This document shows, one piece after another, positions 1 through 12,598 of a stretch of DNA of 64,000 nt. Each line of letters opens with the position of its first letter. Position 1 is the stretch's first letter. The notes under the pieces were generated by a model. It was not told the origin of the DNA, searched no databases, and saw only the letters and a program-made list of their open reading frames with translations. Source of the DNA: Macrostomum lignano. Its lineage: Eukaryota. The translations under genes were made by a program, and so were the position numbers. The stretch lies in NCBI GenBank assembly GCA_002269645.1, contig NIVC01000240.1, positions 1 through 64,000 of the forward strand, read 5' to 3'.

Positions 1-23
1 CCTCCATGTCGCGGCGGATGTAC
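1..23 (-). CDS. CSE1L: CSE1L coding exon 3 (truncated by window edge)
   Basis: Acceptor cgcag|G TAC ATC CGC CGC GAC ATG GAG completes E-Y-I-R-R-D-M-E, the conserved EEYIRRDxEG motif. Phase matches exon 2. Confidence 0.85.
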
Positions 24-96
24 CTGCGCAACGAAGGGGTGATGGTAGCTGTGTAGGTTCGTCTCGATGCACTCAAGTGCTTGTCTACTTGTCTAT

Positions 97-1232
97 AGGA
101 GCGGAATGAAGTGTAGTTTAGTAGCGGAATGAAGTATTAAATTAGTAGCGAATGAAGTATTAAATTAGTAGCGGAATGAAGTATTACCTTAGTAGCGGAA
201 TGAAGCATTAAATTAGTAGCGGAATGAAGTATTACCTTAGTAGCGGAATGAAGTATTACCTTTGTAGCGGAATGAAGTATTACCTTTGTAGCGGAATGAA
301 GGATTACCTTAGTAGCGGAATGAAGTATTACCTTAGTAGCAGAATGAAGTATTAAATTAGTAGCGGAATGAAGTATTACCTTAGTAGCGGAATGAAGTAT
401 TACCTTTGTAGCGGAATGAAGTATTACCTTTGTAGCGGAATGAAGGATTACCTTAGTAGCGGAATGAAGGATTACCTTAGTAGCGGAATGAAGGATTACC
501 TTAGTAGTAGCGCGAATGAAGTATTACCTTAGTAGCGGAATGAAGGATTACCTTAGTAGCGGAATGAAGGATTACCTTAGTAGCGGAATGAAGGATTACC
601 TTATTAGCGGAATGAAGTATTACCTTAGTAGCGGAATGAAGGATTAGCTTAGTAGCGGAATGAAGGATTAGCTTAGGAGCGGAATGAAGATTAGCTTAGG
701 AGCGGAATGAAGTATTAGCTTAGGAGCGGAATGAAGTATTAGCTTAGGAGCGGAATGAAGGATTACCTTAGTAGCGGAATGAAGGATTACCTTAGGAGCG
801 GAATGAAGTATTAGCTTAGGAGCGGAATGAAGTATTAGCTTAGGAGCGGAATGAAGGATTAGCTTAGTAGCGGAATGAAGGATTAGCTTAGTAGCGGAAT
901 GAAGTTTTACGTTAGTAGCGGAATGAAGTATTAGCTTAGCGAGCGGAATGAAGTATTAGCTTAGGAGCGGAATGAAGTATTAGCTTAGGAGCGGAATGAA
1001 GCATTAGCTTAGGAGCGGAATGAAGTTTTACCTTAGTAGCGGAATGAAGTATTAGCTTAGGAGCGGAATGAAGTATTAGCTTAGGAGCGGAATGAAGTAT
1101 TAGCTTAGGAGCGGAATGAAGCATTAGCTTAGGAGCGGAATGAAGTATTAGCTTAGGAGCGGAATGAAGTATTAGCTTAGGAGCGGAATGAAGTATTAGC
1201 TTAGGAGCGGAATGAAGTATTAGCTTAGGAGC
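97..1232. repeat. 24-bp minisatellite filling CSE1L intron 2
   Basis: Unit AG(T/G)AGCGGAATGAAGTATTA(C/G)CTT repeated head-to-tail. Confidence 0.95.
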
Positions 1233-1284
1233 TAGATAAGAAAGTACAGGATTGAAACAAAAAATAACAAAACCAAGCACTTAC

Positions 1285-1768
1285 TCTTCGGCGTTGTAAT
1301 GAAACAGCTCCTCATCAGACGGTCTCAAATGCATATTAGGAATAACAATTCGTTCGCACAGCTGTCTGAGAGTTTCCGGCTCGCCAAATAGCTGCTTGTT
1401 TTGCGGTCGTTCGGCCACGCTAGCAAGAATTTGATAGCATTGCTAACTAGCAGGTCGTATTTAGACTGCGGCCCCGTGGCCAGTAGCAAGCTCCAGACGT
1501 CCTTGACAAAGTCTGGCAGATAGGGGGCGAATTCTTCATCGTATTTGCAAGCGTATAGGCTGACAATTTCGCAGATCTGCGAGCCGATCTGCTCCAGAAT
1601 TCCGGCTTCGTCAGGATCGGCGGATTCCAACAGCGGGCTGCGCAGCTGCAGCAGCTCCCGGAGGCGGGGCATCCATTTCGGCATGTTGTCCTCGAAGAAT
1701 TCCGGAATGTCCTGGTAGTTTAAGCTGTAGAATATCTTGCAGATTAGCAGTAGGCAGCCGCACACGGT
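1285..1768 (-). CDS. CSE1L: CSE1L coding exon 2 (apparent 1-nt deletion at ~1424)
   Basis: Acceptor ctccctcag|ACC. KIFYSLNYQDIPEFFEDNM...LYACKYDEEF...KYDLLVSNAIKFL, then in the shifted frame SVAERPQNKQLF...IVIPNMHLRPSDEELF. Donor GA|GTAAGT at 1284. The exon is 484 nt and phase logic needs 485. Confidence 0.9.
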
Positions 1769-2049
1769 CTGAGGGAGGCAGCGTGAGTATTGAAGAGAGG
1801 GAGACGGTAATGCGAGCGAATCGATGTGCCTGTATGACCCGCTTTGACAATTTTCATGTATGCCCCATTTAGAACCTAAACACCAATTTTGGAACCTAAA
1901 TAACCCATTTTGGCGCCAAAGATACATCTCAACCCCCGCCTCCCAGATCCACCTATGAACCTATGCGTATATTCATTAGACAACATTCATACCTATTTTG
2001 AAAGCTCAATATGACTCATTTCAGCCTCCGTATGACGCAATTTAGCATC

Positions 2050-2935
2050 GACATGACCCAACTCAAGTCTCAATATAACCCAAATCCAGCCCCAAGATGA
2101 CTCAAATCCAGCCCCCACATGACCCCTCAAATCCAGCCCCCACATGACCCTCATCCAGCCCCAACATGACCCTCATCCAGCCCCAACATGACCCAAATCC
2201 AGCCCCAACATGACTCAAATCCAGCCCCAACACGACTCAAATCCAGCCCCAACACGACTCAAATCCAGCCTCAACACGACTCAAATCCAGCCCCAACACG
2301 ACTCAAATCCAGCCCGAACATGACCCCCAAAATCAAGCCCCAAAATGACCCAAATCCAGCCCCAACACGACTCAAATCCAGCCCCAACACGACTCAAATC
2401 CAGCCCGAACATGACCCCCCAAAAGCAAGCCCAAAACGACCCAAATCCAGCCCCAACACGACTCAAATCCAGCCCCAACACGACTCAAATCCAGCCCCAA
2501 CACGACTCAAATCAAGCCCCAAAACGACCCAAATCCAGCCACAACACGACTCAAATCCAGCCCCAACACGACTCAAATCCAGCCCCAACACGACTCAAAT
2601 CCAGCCCCAACATGACTCAAATCCAGCCCGAACATGACCCCCCAAAATCAAGCCCCAAAACGACTCAAATCCAGCCCCAACACGACTCAAATCCAGCCCT
2701 AACACGACTCAAATCCAGACCCAAGACGACTCAAATCCAGCCCCAACATGACTCAAATCCAGCCCCGACACGACTCAAATCCAGCCCCAACATGACTCAA
2801 ATCCAGCCCCGACACGACTTAAATCCAGCCCCCACATGACCCAAATCAAGCCCGAACATGACCCCCCAAAATCAAGCCCCAAAACGACTCAAATCCAGCC
2901 GCAACATGACCCAAATCCAGCCCCGACATGACCCA
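2050..2935. repeat. 22-bp minisatellite in CSE1L intron 1
   Basis: Unit CACGACTCAAATCCAGCCCCAA with variants. Confidence 0.95.
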
Positions 2936-2982
2936 GCACTATAGAGTCAAATTTAGGCAGTCGGAACCCCGCAGACGCAGAC

Positions 2983-3588
2983 CTGCAGGCCATCCTTATT
3001 AGACGCGCTGGCCTGAGCGGCGGCATAGTCCATAGCGGCCAGAAACAGGTCCGTAAGCGGCTGGGCAAAATTCTGCAGCACGTATTTGATCTCCAGCCAG
3101 AGCCGGTCCGATCGGGACTCGTACCGATAGCGCCGGAACAGCGAGTGTGCAGTTTTCAATACGCCATTGATTGCGTGAAAATCGCCCGAACTAAATCTGG
3201 CCACCAGCTGGCCAATCAGGCCCGGCCAACGGTCGGGGAAATCGGCCCGACCAATCAGGGCGATCACGTCGGACAGCTGGTTCTGCAGGGCGGCCGGGCT
3301 GGACAGCATGGCGTCGACTAGTTCGACCTTCAGGCGTTCCCGATCGTCGTGAGCAATGGAAGTGTCAGCGGCTTCATCGTCGCGCCAGTGCTGCTTGACG
3401 CTGTTCTTCAGCAGCACCGCGGCGGACAGGCGGACTGTGCTGGACAGGTTCGGCTGGCAGACAATGTGCAGCAGAGAGAGCGGGAAGCCCGGCTGGCAGG
3501 CCGAGGACTGGAGGTGCTGCTCGCTTGGCTTGCGAACAGCCGGATCGGGTGAGACCGTGTTCTCAATGTGCTTCACAATGGCTTCCAT
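2983..3588 (-). CDS. CSE1L: Exportin-2 / CSE1L, first coding exon (importin-beta N-terminal domain)
   Basis: MEAIVKHIENTVSPDPAVRKPSEQHL...DFPDRWPGLI...GDFHAINGVLKTAHSLFRRYRYE...LWLEIKYVL resembles the CSE1L N-terminus. 606 nt, phase-0 donor CAG|GTCTGC at 2982. Confidence 0.93.
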
Positions 3589-3945
3589 TACTATTATATA
3601 TAGTTTCAAGTCGGCTTAAGTGTCTGTGTTGATTTGGGCGAAGTTGTTCTTATATCAAGCATGAAATTCGATTGAGGAAGTACAATTATGGTATTAATTT
3701 GAAACGTGAAATTCTAATCATAACAGATTATTGCAGTAATTAGGCCAGGGGTCGGCTACCTTTTTTTACCTTCAAGGGCCGGATAAAGAATCCAGCTTAT
3801 GGCTGCAGGCCAGATGGGAGAAGGAATAGAATATAATAGAATGAGGAAAAGGAAAAATTAAAAAGCACTTTTCTAAAAAACCAATTCCTTCTTCAGTTTT
3901 AAAAATCACCTTATTCAAGTAAAATTTCACGGACAAAGATGTTTG

Positions 3946-4380
3946 CTATGAAGCTCTTTCTTTTCTAAAATTAGCTCTTAACAAAGACGACAAAATAAAG
4001 CTTTCACAAAAAATAGACATTCCCCCTAAATAAAAATATAACCAAGATAGCAAGCATCCCCCAGACAGCAAGCATCTCCCAGACAGCAAGCATCCTTCAG
4101 ATAGCAAGCATCCCCAGATAGCAAGCATCCCCCAGATAGCAAGCATCCCCCAGATAGCAAGCATCCCCCAGATAGCAAGCATCCCCCAGATAGCAAGCAT
4201 CCCCAGATAGCAAGCACCCCCAGATAGCAAGCATCCCCCAGATAGCAAGCATCCCCCAGATAGCAAGCATCCCCAGATAGCAAGCATCCCCCAGATAGCA
4301 AGCATCCCCAGATAGCAAGCACCCCCCCTTTTCCAAGAATAAGCAACCGCAGATAGCAAGCATCCTGAAGATAGCAAGTA
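3946..4380 (+). repeat. Dispersed repeat carrying a 17-18-bp array (GATAGCAAGCATCCCCCA)
   Basis: Tandem array plus unique flank (AAAATAAAGC...GACATT). A reverse-complement copy lies at ~23640-24070. Confidence 0.8.
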
Positions 4381-6605
4381 GAAGATGATAGATGATAGAG
4401 GAGAGAAGAGGAGAGAGAGCTGAGAAGAGACACCAACCTGGAACGGGACGGATTGCTATTGTGAAGTTTCAAAGGACCCGGAGGGCCGGATATAGAGAGG
4501 CTCAACAACATTCCAGCTCAGTATTGGCTTTTGAATGACGCAACTTGCGCCACGGGACGCAGAGTTGGGCTGGGTGAGGAGGGATTGGGAAGAGCGGAGG
4601 GCAAGGATTTGACGGATTGAAGCTTCCGCCGGGTTTTCATTGTTTTTTTTCAAGCATTTTTTCATATCAAAATGGTTTAGCAAGGTGATAGACGCTGGTC
4701 GAAAGACACTGCTCATTTGGGGCAAAGGGTGGCGACTTTTCAATGTTTGCTGAGTATATGTCAGGCTTGCGGGCACCTTGACCCAAAGTCTTCGGCGACA
4801 TCGTCCAACAACCAGCGTACTGTACTGTACGCAGGTACACGCTCACACAAGGTGTACAGCGAGCGGCCCTTGACTTTCGATACTAATGTGCCTTGGGGGG
4901 TTGGCCCTCCTGCAGACGCACAGGAACAGAAGGCAGACACACGAAAAGTGTTAAGAGGGAAATTATCAATTTAATCCAAAAAACAAACCAAAGAAACTCT
5001 AAACGCTTTTTCATTAAATTGAATTCTTGAATTTCCATGAATTTCAACAACTGAATTTTCGACCAATTTCTAACCCAAACCCAGAATCTATCTCCCGCAA
5101 ACGGTTGCTCACCCGAGCATTATAGAGCATAAGCCATGCTTATCTCTGCCCAGCAGGCACTCAAAAAAATAGCATGCACCGGTCTCCCAAAAACTGAAAC
5201 TTGACACCATTTTCTTCCATCTGTCTCTCATTCTCACCCAGCAGCAGAGGACAAACACGTGGAGAATAGTGTATACAATAATAATAAAAAGTACACAGTT
5301 CACCCAGCTAACCTTATACACTTACTCAACACATTATAATAGCAATAAATTTGCTAATCACACTATAAAGGGTGCCCGCCTATTATCTATGAATAGTTGC
5401 GTACTAACCACGTGTTAAAACTGTCAGAAATATCACAGTAAAAAGGGGTAAATAACTTGAAGAAGAGAATACTGTGTTTTTACATAATAAAAGAGGAAAT
5501 ATATGTAATGTATATGTATTCTCAAACCATGGAGATTATTAACCAGCACGGAATTAGAAAAGTTTCTCGAAAATTAATTAGAGAAAAATAAGTGAGGCCT
5601 GAGCTCACACAAGAAAGAAGGCGTCAAATTCTCTGTTAAAGCTACTGCTGAACAAGAAAATTAGTTAATAAAAAGCTCTTTCACACGAGAAACCCATTAA
5701 AATATGAATGATGAAAATGAGGCCCTTATCGAGCAGGAAAGAGTGCCACTTTGGGCAATATGCCAGAAGTTCTATTAGTCTCACACCTTGATGGTCACGG
5801 ATAGAAATGGAATCATGATATAACTGTTAAATATAGAAACAATCTTTTAATATTGCGCACAAAACGGAACATAAGAGAAGAAATGCTGCAACATGAAACA
5901 GACCAAAGATAAAGCCAGCAATACAGGAAAAAGCAATTAACAAAAACCCACAGTAAATATGGGATCTGAGATCACGCTGTTGCTGAGGAAAAAAGTAAAT
6001 AAAAAAGTGACAGAGAGAACTCACTACATTAGAGCTGATGGTATGCAAAGAGATAAGAGAAATGCTTCTAAAGCAAAATTGCACGACACAAATTGTGTAA
6101 CAATAAAAACGATAGCGCTTCTTAATCGAAATCTTTGTTTAACTATTCTAGTTTCTAAGAAAGTAATATTTCTCGGCTTAAAAATATTGATGCAATAAAA
6201 CAAGTTGGGGGGAGGAATGGGTGTGGAGTGAGGAAAAGTTAAAATAGGACGCATGTGCAAACATCTTTGAATAAGTATAAATGCGGCCGATATTTGCAGA
6301 CAGTTAATAAAGGAATGACGCGTAGCGTAACCATTGCGCGTTATTGTAAAACCATATAAAAGCAGTTTAAAGCAAAAAGCCTAACGTCACAAACAATGTC
6401 TAACTAGAGTGCTAACTACAGAGAAGCAATGCGGACATGGACATTGCGTGAACGGTAATATTAATGAGAAGAGGAACATCATCTATAGCCACAATGACAA
6501 TGTGGATTTAGAATCACTGTGTGGCATTGTGACAGGGCAGTCTCTGTGGGTCTGAGATTGCGGATGGTAGCCCTACCCAGGCAATGAAGGTGACGGCCCA
6601 GACAC

Positions 6606-8036
6606 TGAGGATCTGAGAGGCTGGCCCAGCAATTGAGGATCTGGGAGACTGGCCAAGCAATTGAGGATCTGGGAGGCTGGCCCAGCAATTGAGGATCTGA
6701 GAGGCTGGCCCAGCAACTGAGGATCTGGGAGACTGGCCAAGCAATTGAGGATCTGGGAGGCTGGCCCAGCAATTGAGGATCTGAGAGGCTGGCCCAGCAA
6801 CTGAGGATCTGGGAGACTGGCCAAGCAATTGAGGATCTGGGAGGCTGGCCCAGCAACTGAGGATCTGGGAGGCTGGCCCAGCAATTGAGGATCTGGGAGG
6901 CTGGCCCAGCAACTGAGGATCTGGGAGGCTGGCCCAGCAATTGAGGATCTGAGAGGCTGGCCCAGCAATTGAGGATCTGGGAGACTGGCCAAGCAATTGA
7001 GGATCTGGGAGGCTGGCCCAGCAACTGAGGATCTGGGAGGCTGGCCCAGCAATTGAGGATCTGGGAGGCTGGCCCAGCAACTGAGGATCTGGGAGGCTGG
7101 CCCAGCAACTGAGGATCTGGGAGGCTGGCCCAGCAACTGAGGATCTGGGAGGCTGGCCCAGCAATTGAGGATCGGGGAGGCTGGCCCAGCAACTGAGGAT
7201 CTGGGAGGCTGGACAACAAATGAGGATCTAGGAGGCTAGCCCAAACACTGAGGATCTGGGAGGCTGGCCCAGCAACTGAGGATCTGGGAGGCTGGACAAC
7301 AAATGAGGATCTGGGAGGCTAGCCCAAACACTGAGGATCTGGGAGGCTGGCCCAGCAACTGAGGATCTGGGAGGCTGGACAACAAATGAGGATCTGGGAG
7401 GCTAGCCCAAACACTGAGGATCTGGGAGGCTGGCCCAGCAACTGAGGATCTGGGAGGCTGGACAACAAATGAGAATCTGGGAGGCTAGCCCAAACACTGA
7501 GGATCTGGGAGGCTGGCCCAGCAACTGAGGATCTGGGAGGCTGGCCCAGCAACTGAGGATCTGGGAGGCTGGCCCAGCAACTGAGGATCTGGGAGGCTGG
7601 CCCAGCAATTGAGGATCGGGGAGGCTGGCCCAGCAACTGAGGATCTGGGAGGCTGGACAACAAATGAGGATCTAGGAGGCTAGCCCAAACACTGAGGATC
7701 TGGGAGGCTGGCCCAGCAACTGAGGATCTGGGAGGCTGGACAACAAATGAGGATCTGGGAGGCTAGCCCAAACACTGAGGATCTGGGAGGCTGGCCCAGC
7801 AACTGAGGATCTGGGAGGCTGGACAACAAATGAGGATCTGGGAGGCTAGCCCAAACACTGAGGATCTGGGAGGCTGGCCCAGCAACTGAGGATCTGGGAG
7901 GCTGGACAACAAATGAGAATCTGGGAGGCTAGCCCAAACACTGAGGATCTGGGAGGCTGGCCCAGCAACTGAGGATCTGGGAGGCTGGCCCAGCAACTGA
8001 GGATCTGGGAGGCTGGCCCATCAACTGAGGATCTGG
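6606..8036. repeat. 28-bp minisatellite with 3-unit higher-order structure in its right half
   Basis: Unit GAGGATCTGGGAGGCTGGCCCAGCAACT. The variants GCTAGCCCAAACACT / GCTGGCCCAGCAACT / GCTGGACAACAAAT alternate at ~7200-7960. Confidence 0.95.
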
Positions 8037-8087
8037 TAGGGTGGCGGATAAACCTGGCAGAAAAATCTGCCCCCAACCAGCTCAGAA

Positions 8088-8846
8088 TCAATCATTCCGT
8101 CCGGCAATAACGCCTTCGCGTCCCGTCGAACTGACCACATGTAGATAGTTGCGGCGCCCATTGTGCAGTCTCTCGTGCCTGGCCAGCAGCTCTCGAGAAT
8201 TGAAACCGGCATGGCAGAGTCCGCAATGAAACGAATAGCTGGCTCCGCACACGTTGGATTCCGTCGAATGACAGCGACGGCAGTGCTTGCTCAGGCCGGA
8301 CGGGCTGGTGTAGACCCGGCAGCACAGGCCGCATCGGTATCTGGGCCGCTGGGTCAACGGCAGATGCGACTGCTGGTGCAGCTGACAGTTGCGAGAATTT
8401 GTAAACGTCCTATCGCACAGCCGACAGGTGAACATCCGACACCTGTCCCGGCTGTTAGTTGCTGCTGTTGATGAGGAATGAATCGAAGACCGACTTTGAT
8501 GAAGTGGCAAAGGGAGCTGAGGATGCCGAAGCAGGGCAGGCGGCGGTGGCGACGGCAGCTGAGGCTCAGACGACAAGCTGGCAGGCGTAGCCGACACGGT
8601 GGAATTCGAGGAGGCCGGACTGGGGCGGCAGCTGGAAAAAGTGGCCGCAGCAATGCCTCCAGCAGCCGCCGACGCCGCCGTTGCCTCTTCGGCGTCGGCC
8701 AGAATGACGCAGACAGCGTCGTCCGTCTCCTTGACGCCTAGAGGGATGATATTAGTGAGGCGAAGCCGGCCAAGGTCATCGGCAGCCGGCACCAGGACTC
8801 CGTCGCGTCGACGCCGGATGTACAGCTCGGTTCGCTTGCCGACCGA
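8088..8846 (-). CDS. Terminal exon of a C2H2 zinc-finger protein (3 fingers); 5' exon not located
   Basis: CRLCDRTFTNSRNCQLHQQSH, CGLCCRVYTSPSGLSKHCRRCH and CGLCHAGFNSRELLARHERLH. Acceptor ttcttctattccag|TCG at 8847, stop at 8088. Confidence 0.8.
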   Translation of the reverse strand, partial: SVGKRTELYIRRRRDGVLVPAADDLGRLRLTNIIPLGVKETDDAVCVILADAEEATAASAAAGGIAAATFSSCRPSPASSNSTVSATPASLSSEPQLPSPPPPALLRHPQLPLPLHQSRSSIHSSSTAATNSRDRCRMFTCRLCDRTFTNSRNCQLHQQSHLPLTQRPRYRCGLCCRVYTSPSGLSKHCRRCHSTESNVCGASYSFHCGLCHAGFNSRELLARHERLHNGRRNYLHVVSSTGREGVIAGRND

Positions 8847-8861
8847 CTGGAATAGAAGAAC

Positions 8862-9920
8862 CAATAAGGCATCAGTGAGGCAACTAGAGAGACAGTCAAT
8901 AAGCCACCAGTGAGGCAACTAGAGAGACAGTCAATAAGCCACCAGTGAGGCAACTAGAGAGACAATCAATAAGCCAGTCAGTGAGGCAACCAGAGAGACA
9001 ACCAATAAGCCAGTCAGTGAGGCAACTAGAGAGACAGCCAACAAGCCATCAGTGAGGCAACCAGAGAGACAACCAATAAGCCAGTCAGTGAGGCAACTAG
9101 AGAGACAACCAATAAGCCAGTCAGTGAGGCAACCAGAGAGACAACCAATAAGCCAGTCAGTGAGGCAACTAGAGAGACAACCAATAAGCCAGTCAGTGAG
9201 GCAACCAGAGAGACAACCAATAAGCCATTCAGTGAGGCAACTAGAGAGACAACCAATAAGCCACTCAGTGAGGCAACCAGAGAAACAACCAATAAGCCAG
9301 TCAGTGAGGCAACTAGAGAGACAGTCAATAAGCCATCAGTGAGGCAACTAGAGAGACAACCAATAAGCCAGTCAGTGAGGCAACGAGAGAGACAGCCAAT
9401 AAGCCATCAGTGAGGCAACTAGAGAGACAATCAATAAGCCATCAGTGAGGCAACTAGAGAGACAATCAATAAGCCATCAGTGAGGCAACTAGAGAGACAA
9501 CCAATAAGCCAGTCAGTGAGGCAACCAGAGAGACAGCCAATAAGCCATCAGTGAGGCAACCAGAGAGACAACCAATAAGCCAGTCAGTGAGGCAACCAGA
9601 GAGACAACCAATAAGCCATCAGTGAGGCAACTAGAGAGACAACCAATAAGCCCACCAGTGAGGCAACTAGAGAGACAACCAATAAGCCAGTCAGTGAGGC
9701 AACCAGAGAGACAGCCAATCAGCCAATAAGGCATCAGTGAGGCAACCAGAGAGACAACCAATAAACCAGTCAGTGAGGCAACCAGAGAGACAACCAATAA
9801 GCCAGTCAGTGAGGCAACTAGAGAGACAGCCAACAAGCCATCAGTGAGGCAACTAGAGAGACAACCAATAAGCCAGTCAGTGAGGCAACCAGAGAGACAA
9901 CCAATAAGCCCACCAGTGAG
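8862..9920. repeat. 35-36-bp minisatellite upstream of the zinc-finger exon
   Basis: Unit CAGTGAGGCAAC(C/T)AGAGAGACAACCAATAAGCCAGT. Confidence 0.95.
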
Positions 9921-10458
9921 ACAGCAAGTGAAGCAAGCGCAGAGACAAGTTAACGAGAAATCGATATTACAGAACCTACGCTCGTATAAAACTAATAGAA
10001 AATAAATTTAGCAAACGCCGTATTTTAACAAAAATCGCATCAGCAATTAGAATTGTATTCAACAACTCATCATGATATTTTGCCATTTTAAGTGCAAACA
10101 ATCAGGCCATTGACTTGCTTAATTATAGATATCAATTGATATATACCGAATAGCAATTCAAAAAGGTCAGTATTAAATAGATTTATCAAATATAAAAATC
10201 AAAGTTCATTCGAAACAAACAACTTATTAAATAGAATCGTAAGAGTTTAATAAATAATAACATAAAATACTGCATAAGCGCATGCATGGCTACTCAATAT
10301 AGTAGATGCAGATACAAACAGAGAAGCATGCAGTGCAACTAAAGCAGTGCGGGATTATCAGCATATTGAAGGGAGAGACGAGATTAAATGGCAACAAACA
10401 GGGGGGGGGGGAAGGCGTGATCAAAGAATTTCGCCTCTCTGTATGAGGCGGCTGCGTT

Positions 10459-10586
10459 CTAATAATCGTCATCATCAGAGCTTTGCTCAGCGTCTTTTTG
10501 CTGCATCGATTTAGCGGCTAGTCTGGGATCCGCCTCAAGCTCCGTCTGCAGCACTCCGCCCTCCTTGCCGAGCATCCATTCAAGAG
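10459..10586 (-). CDS. PDCL3: Phosducin-like 3, exon 4 (terminal)
   Basis: Acceptor ctcgcag|CT, phase 1 matches exon 3. ALEWMLGKEGGVLQTELEADP...SDDDDY* resembles the PDCL3 C-terminus. Confidence 0.85.
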
Positions 10587-10666
10587 CTGCGAGGGTTAGG
10601 AATATTATTAAATAGTTAAATAAATATTTTGTTGACGCACTGAACTTGCTGAATTTGACGCGTCTC

Positions 10667-12094
10667 AGCAATTCCCATTGAGCATTGGTATCTCAGCAAC
10701 TCCCATTGAGAATTGGCTTCTCAGCAACTCCCATTGAGAATTGGTATCTCAGCAACTCCCCCCCCCTTGAGCATTGGCATCTCAGCAACTCCCATTGAGA
10801 ATTGGCATCTCAGCAACTCCCCCCCCCCTTGAGCATAGGCATCTCAGCAACTCCCCCGCCCTTGAGCATTGGCATCTCAGCAACTCCCCCCTTGAGCATT
10901 GGTATCTCAGCAACTCACATTGAGCATTGGTATCTCAGCAACTCACATTGAGAATTGGTATCTCAGCAGCTCCCATTGAGCATTGGTATCTCAGAAACTC
11001 CCATTGAGCATTGGCATCTCAGCAACTCACATTGAGAATTGGTATCTCAGCAGCTCCCATTGAGCATTGGTATCTCAGAAACTCCCATTGAGCATTGGCA
11101 TCTCAGCAACTCCCCTTGAGCATTGGCATCTCAGCAACTCCCATTGAGAATATGGCATCTCAGCAACTCCCCTTGAGCATTGGTATCTCAGCAACTCACA
11201 TTGAGCATTGGTATCTCAGCAACTCACATTGAGAATTGGTATCTCAGCAGCTCCCATTGAGCATTGGTATCTCAGAAACTCCCATTGAGCATTGGCATCT
11301 CAGCAACTCACATTGAGAATTGGTATCTCAGCAGCTCCCATTGAGCATTGGTATCTCAGAAACTCCCATTGAGCATTGGCATCTCAGCAACTCCCCCCTT
11401 GAGCATTGGCATCTCAGCAACTCCCCCCCCCTTGAGCATTGGTATCTCAGCAACTCCCATTGAGAATTGGTATCTCAGCAACTCCCATTGAGAATTGGTA
11501 TCTCAGCAACTCCCCTTGAGCATTGGCATCTCAGCAACTCCCATTGGGAATTGGCATCTCAGCAACTCCCATTGGGAATTGGTATCTCAGCAGCTCCCAT
11601 TGAGCATTGGTATCTCAGAAACTCCCATTGAGCATTGGCATCTCAGCAACTCCCCCCTTGAGCATTGGCATCTCAGCAACTCCCCCCCTTGAGCATTGGT
11701 ATCTCAGCAACTCCCATTGAGAATTGGTATCTCAGCAACTCCCCTTGAGCATTGGCATCTCAGCAACTCCCATTGGGAATTGGTATCTCAGCAACTCCCA
11801 TTGGGAATTGGTATCTCAGCAACTCCCATTGAGCATTGGCATCTCAGCAACTCCCATTGGGAATTGGTATCTCAGCAACTCCCATTGAGCATTGGCATCT
11901 CAGCAACAACTTGAGCATTGGCATCTCAGCAACAACTTGAGCATTGGCATTTCAGCAACTCCCCCTTGAGCACTGGCATCTCAGCAACTCCCCCTTGAGC
12001 ATTGGCATCTCAGCAATTCCCCTTGAGCACTGGCATCTCAGCAACTCCCCCTTGAGCATTGGCATCTCAGCAACTCCCCTTGAGCCTTGGCATC
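10667..12094. repeat. 28-bp minisatellite filling PDCL3 intron 3
   Basis: Unit CATTGG(T/C)ATCTCAGCAACTCCC(ATT/CCTT)GAG with a variable C-tract. Confidence 0.95.
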
Positions 12095-12115
12095 CCTAAA
12101 AACTGCCAAACTCAC

Positions 12116-12263
12116 CATCGGGTGACGCCTTGCTGCCGCCAAAACTGTCCAATCCAATCCACTGTTTAATAAGTCCGTCATTCTTATACAGCAATATAGT
12201 GGGCACGTTCTTGTCCGGATAGTTCGGTATGCAATTGTCGGCCTCCCCGCGTACGAATTTCAC
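12116..12263 (-). CDS. PDCL3: Phosducin-like 3, exon 3
   Basis: VKFVRGEADNCIPNYPDKNVPTILLYKNDGLIKQWIG (CIPNYPD.N.PTI motif). Bounded by cag|GTG and G|GTGAGT. Confidence 0.93.
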
Positions 12264-12598
12264 CTGTATAGGAGAGTTGTAGAATAAGATTAAAACTATT
12301 ACAAACAATACTGTACTAATGCAGCAATCAGAGACTTAAAAAGGTTAAAATAGTTCATGGCTACTTAGTAAGAAAGTAGTATAATACATGGATTTGTGAC
12401 TGAAAGGGTCATAACTCCGAAGTAAAGGATAAATTGTAAACTCCTTTTTTAACGAAGACTTATATTGACTAGACTATAGTGACCTAGAGTGACTTTAACA
12501 AAGTCACACATCCTAAGAGTGACTTCAGCAAAGTCACACCTCCAGAGTGAACTCCAAGTGAAAACAACTAAACAATGCCGGAATAACTTGTACTTTAC

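Noticed and set aside
4717-4974. ORF ending ADTRKVLRG as the ARFGAP1 start
   Set aside because: Chance resemblance. The true MASPRTR exon with a canonical donor is at 25300.
936-7663. Long repetitive ORFs (e.g. 936-1280, 2188-2839, 6479-7219)
   Set aside because: They are translations of minisatellites, open in several frames and strands, and mostly inside introns.
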